64,000 nt of DNA from the NCBI GenBank assembly GCA_964521295.1, contig CAZFRF010000001.1:398146-462145 (forward strand), given 5' to 3'. Made by a program: the position numbers and the translations under genes. Origin of the DNA: an uncultured Gammaproteobacteria bacterium (GTDB taxonomy: Bacteria > Patescibacteriota > Microgenomatia > Levybacterales > UBA12049). Each line of letters begins with the position of its first letter. Position 1 is the stretch's first letter. Positions 60,553 to 64,000 of this stretch are shown one piece after another. The notes below the pieces were generated by a model that worked only from the letters and a program-made list of their open reading frames with translations, was not told the DNA's origin and made no database searches.

Positions 60553-61154
60553 TATTTAGATTCCTCAATCTCCCTATCTAATTCTTTTAAAAAATCTTCC
60601 ATCACTTTATGTCTTCTTAAGGCCATCTCATAACCAATTTTTGTGTAAAACATTTTAATCCAACGAGACTGGTACATTATTTGATGATAAATCGATCTTC
60701 TATCATTGGATGAAGGTTCTAATTTTAAATTTTCTTCAGTATATGCAGGCAACTTATACTTATGTGAAACTGCCCTAACAACGCCAATTGCTCCCATGCC
60801 GTCAATCTTATCTGCATCCTGCAAAATATTATCTAGCTTATTGAATGTCTCTATTTGACTATGTACTTCTATTGCATACAAGATTCTTTGCTTAGCTTCA
60901 TCTGAAAAATCTGTATATTTATCAAGCATTTCTTTGGCAATTGGTACTCCCAAAGGACCATGTCTTTCTGAGTCTTCAACAGCCCTACCAACATCATGCA
61001 AAAGACCAGCTACTTCAGCTTCTTTCTGATCATATCCTTCTTCTTTAGCTATTAATTTAGCAAAATAAGCAACTTTTTTTGCATGTAAGAAATCATGAGC
61101 AAGTACAAATTTATCAGCAAAATATTCTTCAACCTTTTTATACAATAGATCCAT
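60552..61154 (-). CDS. HD-domain phosphohydrolase
   Basis: HD motif LLHDVGR and downstream D residues. Confidence 0.6.
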   Translation of the reverse strand: MDLLYKKVEEYFADKFVLAHDFLHAKKVAYFAKLIAKEEGYDQKEAEVAGLLHDVGRAVEDSERHGPLGVPIAKEMLDKYTDFSDEAKQRILYAIEVHSQIETFNKLDNILQDADKIDGMGAIGVVRAVSHKYKLPAYTEENLKLEPSSNDRRSIYHQIMYQSRWIKMFYTKIGYEMALRRHKVMEDFLKELDREIEESK

Positions 61155-61186
61155 TCTTAAATTATAACATTAGAGGCTAAAAGTAA

Positions 61187-61684
61187 CTACAGCAAGAAGA
61201 TGAAACCAATTCCTAAAATCGCAATTGCAACACCTATGATACCAAAACTTAATAGGTTATTTGGTCCAGTTTCAGGAATACTTCCAGCTCCCTTAACATT
61301 AGTGCTTAGCGTTTGTGACCAAGGACCATAAGAGCAGTTGTTTACTGCTCTAACCTTAAAGAAATAATTGGTTTTAGGAAATAAATCATGAACAACATAC
61401 TTAACTGCTCCATCAAGTATACCCATATTTACAACAGTTGAATATGCGTCAGCTGAGCTAGTTAATCCGTAAGAAATTACATACCCTGTAAAAGTTGATT
61501 TAGGTTGAGCAAAATATAATGTCGCAGAAGTACTACTGTAATTTATTTGGTACAAATTTGGAGCATCAGTTGGAGTCTCATAGCTACAATTGTCATCTGC
61601 CAATACCACACGAGGAGTTAAACCTAGCAAGAAAATAAAAGCTAAGGTTACAAAACCTGCCACAAAAAGTTTAAAAGGTTTCAT
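61187..61684 (-). CDS. cell-surface protein with fibronectin type III-like domain and C-terminal PETG-type sorting/anchor signal
   Basis: Signal peptide, an Fn3-like beta domain, then SIPETGPNN followed by a TM helix and a short basic tail. Confidence 0.45.
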   Translation of the reverse strand: MKPFKLFVAGFVTLAFIFLLGLTPRVVLADDNCSYETPTDAPNLYQINYSSTSATLYFAQPKSTFTGYVISYGLTSSADAYSTVVNMGILDGAVKYVVHDLFPKTNYFFKVRAVNNCSYGPWSQTLSTNVKGAGSIPETGPNNLLSFGIIGVAIAILGIGFIFLL

Positions 61685-61787
61685 TCCTTATATATCTATA
61701 TTAGCACTTTTTGATCGTAACAATGCAATATGCAAATTAATATAGGATTTTAGATCTAATTGTAATTATTGTAAGATTTTAAGTTTT

Positions 61788-63974
61788 TTAGAAAAGAAAT
61801 ATTCTTAAAGTTCTTAATCTATCTTTGAGTGAAATTTTTGACAAAAAAAGCTTTGATACATACTCTCTTTTTCTATAAATTCTAAGGAGTGAATAAACAC
61901 TGATCACAAATAATAAAAAAATGAAATATGTTATTTCTCTTGTTTGACGAGCAACCCTAACAGTCTTATTAAGATTCATCGCCCCCAAAACACTTGGGGG
62001 TTCATTATTTGTTAATAGAGTATTTATAGGTACATCTAAAATATTAAATGAACTTTCTGCCTCTGCTGAAACACTATGATTATCTGGTCCCACATTCCCT
62101 TCAACTAAAGCAACTGCTAAATATTTACCGTCTACTGCATCTTTAGACAATACTAAACCTGTAGAAAGCTTTGCGGTCTTCCCCGATGGAATATCTCCAA
62201 TATCAAATATTCCTCCGCCCATTGATTTACCATCTTTAACTAAATAAAGTTTTAGTTTTGTACCATATACTTTTCCTGCGCCTGAATTTTTAACTTTTAC
62301 AAAAAAAGTTACTGTATCTCCAGGATAAACATATTGACCTACATTATTTGTTTGCTCAACGCTAAGCAATCCTCCCTCTTCTTGTTTTGCATTTTCTTCA
62401 CTTTTTCCACTATCGATCTCTGTCTGATTATTGTGCTCAGTAGGTGCTTTATTATCTAATGCATCAAACTCAGTTTTTCCACCAATATCTCCCGCCCAAT
62501 CACCAAAGATATTTAAAAAACCAAAAAAACCTACTGAATTTATAAAATTTGCATTCACAAAATTCACTAACGAAACAGCACTATATGCATTCCCAGTATT
62601 AATACTCCCTTTCCCATTGACTAAATTTTGCCCTGTATTTGCATAAGAGGAAATATTATTCTCTACGTACGCACTATTATAGATAGTTAAATCTCCAACG
62701 CATGAGGTACAATTACTTGAATCTTCAGGCAAAAGCCCACCTGATGAAAAAAATGAAAGATTTGATCCTCCCGATTCCTTTACAAATCCATTCCATCCGA
62801 TAAAGTCACCTAGCCAATTCCCGACTAAATTAATAAACAAACCATATACACTTGTATTTACATAATTTGCATTAATTAAATTTAAATTATTTACAATTGA
62901 AGCAGCGTTACCACTATCTATTGTCCCATTACCTTTGATAGTATTTTGCCCACTGTTTGCAGAGGAATCTATATTATTAACAACTGTTGCATTGTTTTCT
63001 GCTACTAGTGACATTCCGCATTCAACACAAGAACTGGTTTTTATATCTGGAAGAATTATATTGCCATTTAATTTTCCAAAAACATTTATCGAAACAACAT
63101 GAACCACTGAATTTACGATTGTAAAATTAACTTTATTTAAAAGCGATACAATTGAATAGGCATCGCCCGTATTAACAATTGCTTTAAGATCAGATTCTCC
63201 AGAATTTATAGAATTTTGCCCTGTATTTGCATAAGATATTGCATTATTTGAAACAAAAGCATAATTTTCTAAATTTGTAAAAGAAACATTTATTATTTGA
63301 TCATCAGGATGATCTTGAATCATTGATGATGCTACTTCAAAAGGATCAGAAAGGTTTAAATCTCCAGATTGATCAATAAATATATTAACTGTCTGATAAA
63401 CCACCTGAGAATTAACCGAATTTGTATTTACCGAATTATCAAGTATTGTTTCAGACAAAGCATTACCACTTTGAATCTCTCCTCCCTGAAACTCTTCTAC
63501 TGTACATGAATTATCATTTTCATTAGAAACAGGAACCATTGATGCTGCAACAGATGCAATGACATTCTGCCCAGTATTACTATCTGAATTAATGTTGTTA
63601 TTTATTTCTCCATTATTTACCAAGCTTACTGAACTAGACTCTGAATTATGAATACTCTCAAATGATGAAGACGTTGAATTTTCAGCATCTTCCTGATCAG
63701 TCTCTAAAGGTTGATCCACAGGTGTATCTTGCACTATTTCACTTGTTTGACTTAATGGATTCATTACTGCTTCTTCAACAGGAGAAGGTGTTGGCGTTAA
63801 ATCAATAATATTCTCTCCAGTATTGGAAACCGTTTGTGTATTAGTTTCTAATATTGCATTATTCTGCTCTGTTATTGTTGGCTCTAAATTCGGAGCCTCT
63901 GTTGCTACTTGAGGAACATCGGATTCTATTTCATCAGCAAATGCAATCCTTGGTACTAAGATATTATTTAGCAT
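61788..63974 (-). CDS. large cell-surface repeat protein (four NTGQN-containing repeats of about 65 aa) with C-terminal TM anchor
   Basis: Repeats begin SYANTGQN and continue with N/S/G-rich stretches with conserved spacing. A beta-rich domain follows, then a C-terminal hydrophobic anchor. Confidence 0.5.
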   Translation of the reverse strand: MLNNILVPRIAFADEIESDVPQVATEAPNLEPTITEQNNAILETNTQTVSNTGENIIDLTPTPSPVEEAVMNPLSQTSEIVQDTPVDQPLETDQEDAENSTSSSFESIHNSESSSVSLVNNGEINNNINSDSNTGQNVIASVAASMVPVSNENDNSCTVEEFQGGEIQSGNALSETILDNSVNTNSVNSQVVYQTVNIFIDQSGDLNLSDPFEVASSMIQDHPDDQIINVSFTNLENYAFVSNNAISYANTGQNSINSGESDLKAIVNTGDAYSIVSLLNKVNFTIVNSVVHVVSINVFGKLNGNIILPDIKTSSCVECGMSLVAENNATVVNNIDSSANSGQNTIKGNGTIDSGNAASIVNNLNLINANYVNTSVYGLFINLVGNWLGDFIGWNGFVKESGGSNLSFFSSGGLLPEDSSNCTSCVGDLTIYNSAYVENNISSYANTGQNLVNGKGSINTGNAYSAVSLVNFVNANFINSVGFFGFLNIFGDWAGDIGGKTEFDALDNKAPTEHNNQTEIDSGKSEENAKQEEGGLLSVEQTNNVGQYVYPGDTVTFFVKVKNSGAGKVYGTKLKLYLVKDGKSMGGGIFDIGDIPSGKTAKLSTGLVLSKDAVDGKYLAVALVEGNVGPDNHSVSAEAESSFNILDVPINTLLTNNEPPSVLGAMNLNKTVRVARQTREITYFIFLLFVISVYSLLRIYRKREYVSKLFLSKISLKDRLRTLRIFLF

Positions 63975-64000
63975 TAAAAATGCTATTAAAATAATTGATA

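Noticed and set aside
1-64000. CRISPR arrays, rRNA genes, IS/transposase genes, additional tRNAs
   Set aside because: No regularly spaced short direct repeats, no rRNA-like conserved stretches, no DDE/transposase-like ORFs. Only the single tRNA-Glu could be folded by eye.

Overview
The window comes from a low-GC (AT-rich) bacterial genome. From content alone it could be a CPR/Patescibacteria-like or other minimal low-GC lineage, but I cannot confirm this. It has three parts. (1) Positions 1-24800 are a dense cell-envelope glycosylation locus: six or more GT2 enzymes including Dpm1/GtrB-like polyprenyl-phosphate sugar synthases, one GT4, a Wzx-like MOP flippase, three YfhO-family and three GT39/PMT-like GT-C membrane glycosyltransferases, and two further GT-C-like paralogs. 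(2) A tRNA-Glu(CUC) at 24870-24946 is immediately followed by an integrated conjugative-element-like island of about 26 kb, roughly 24925 to 50960. The island carries a large serine recombinase whose 3' end overlaps the tRNA, a small translationally coupled protein, a VirD4/TrwB-type coupling ATPase, a replication-relaxation family protein, and a gram-positive-style minimal type IV secretion module. That module consists of a VirB2-like pilin, a VirB6-like protein with a second pilin-like N-terminus, a VirB3-like protein, a VirB4 ATPase split into two ORFs, an M23 cell-wall hydrolase, an XRE regulator and a PLD/Nuc-family nuclease. Between these sits a 14 kb minus-strand cargo of copper-homeostasis and oxidative-folding genes: CDF exporter, two DsbA, DsbB, HMA chaperone, CcdA/DsbD-like permease fused to a cupredoxin-like domain, a BlaI/CopY repressor with BlaR1-like M56 sensor protease, CopA P1B-ATPase, DUF305, and CsoR with a perfect palindromic operator. 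This cargo has visibly higher GC than the flanks. (3) Positions 51045-64000 return to chromosome-like genes: a GT-like membrane protein, guanylate kinase, Lon protease, a cytosolic MgtE_N+CBS sensor paired with an NRAMP-related transporter whose metal-site residues look like the Mg-transporting NRMT type, MsrB, an acyltransferase-3, an HD hydrolase and two cell-surface repeat/Fn3 proteins. No rRNA, CRISPR array or transposase was seen. All functional calls come from reading motifs in the supplied translations and the DNA. No database search was run.
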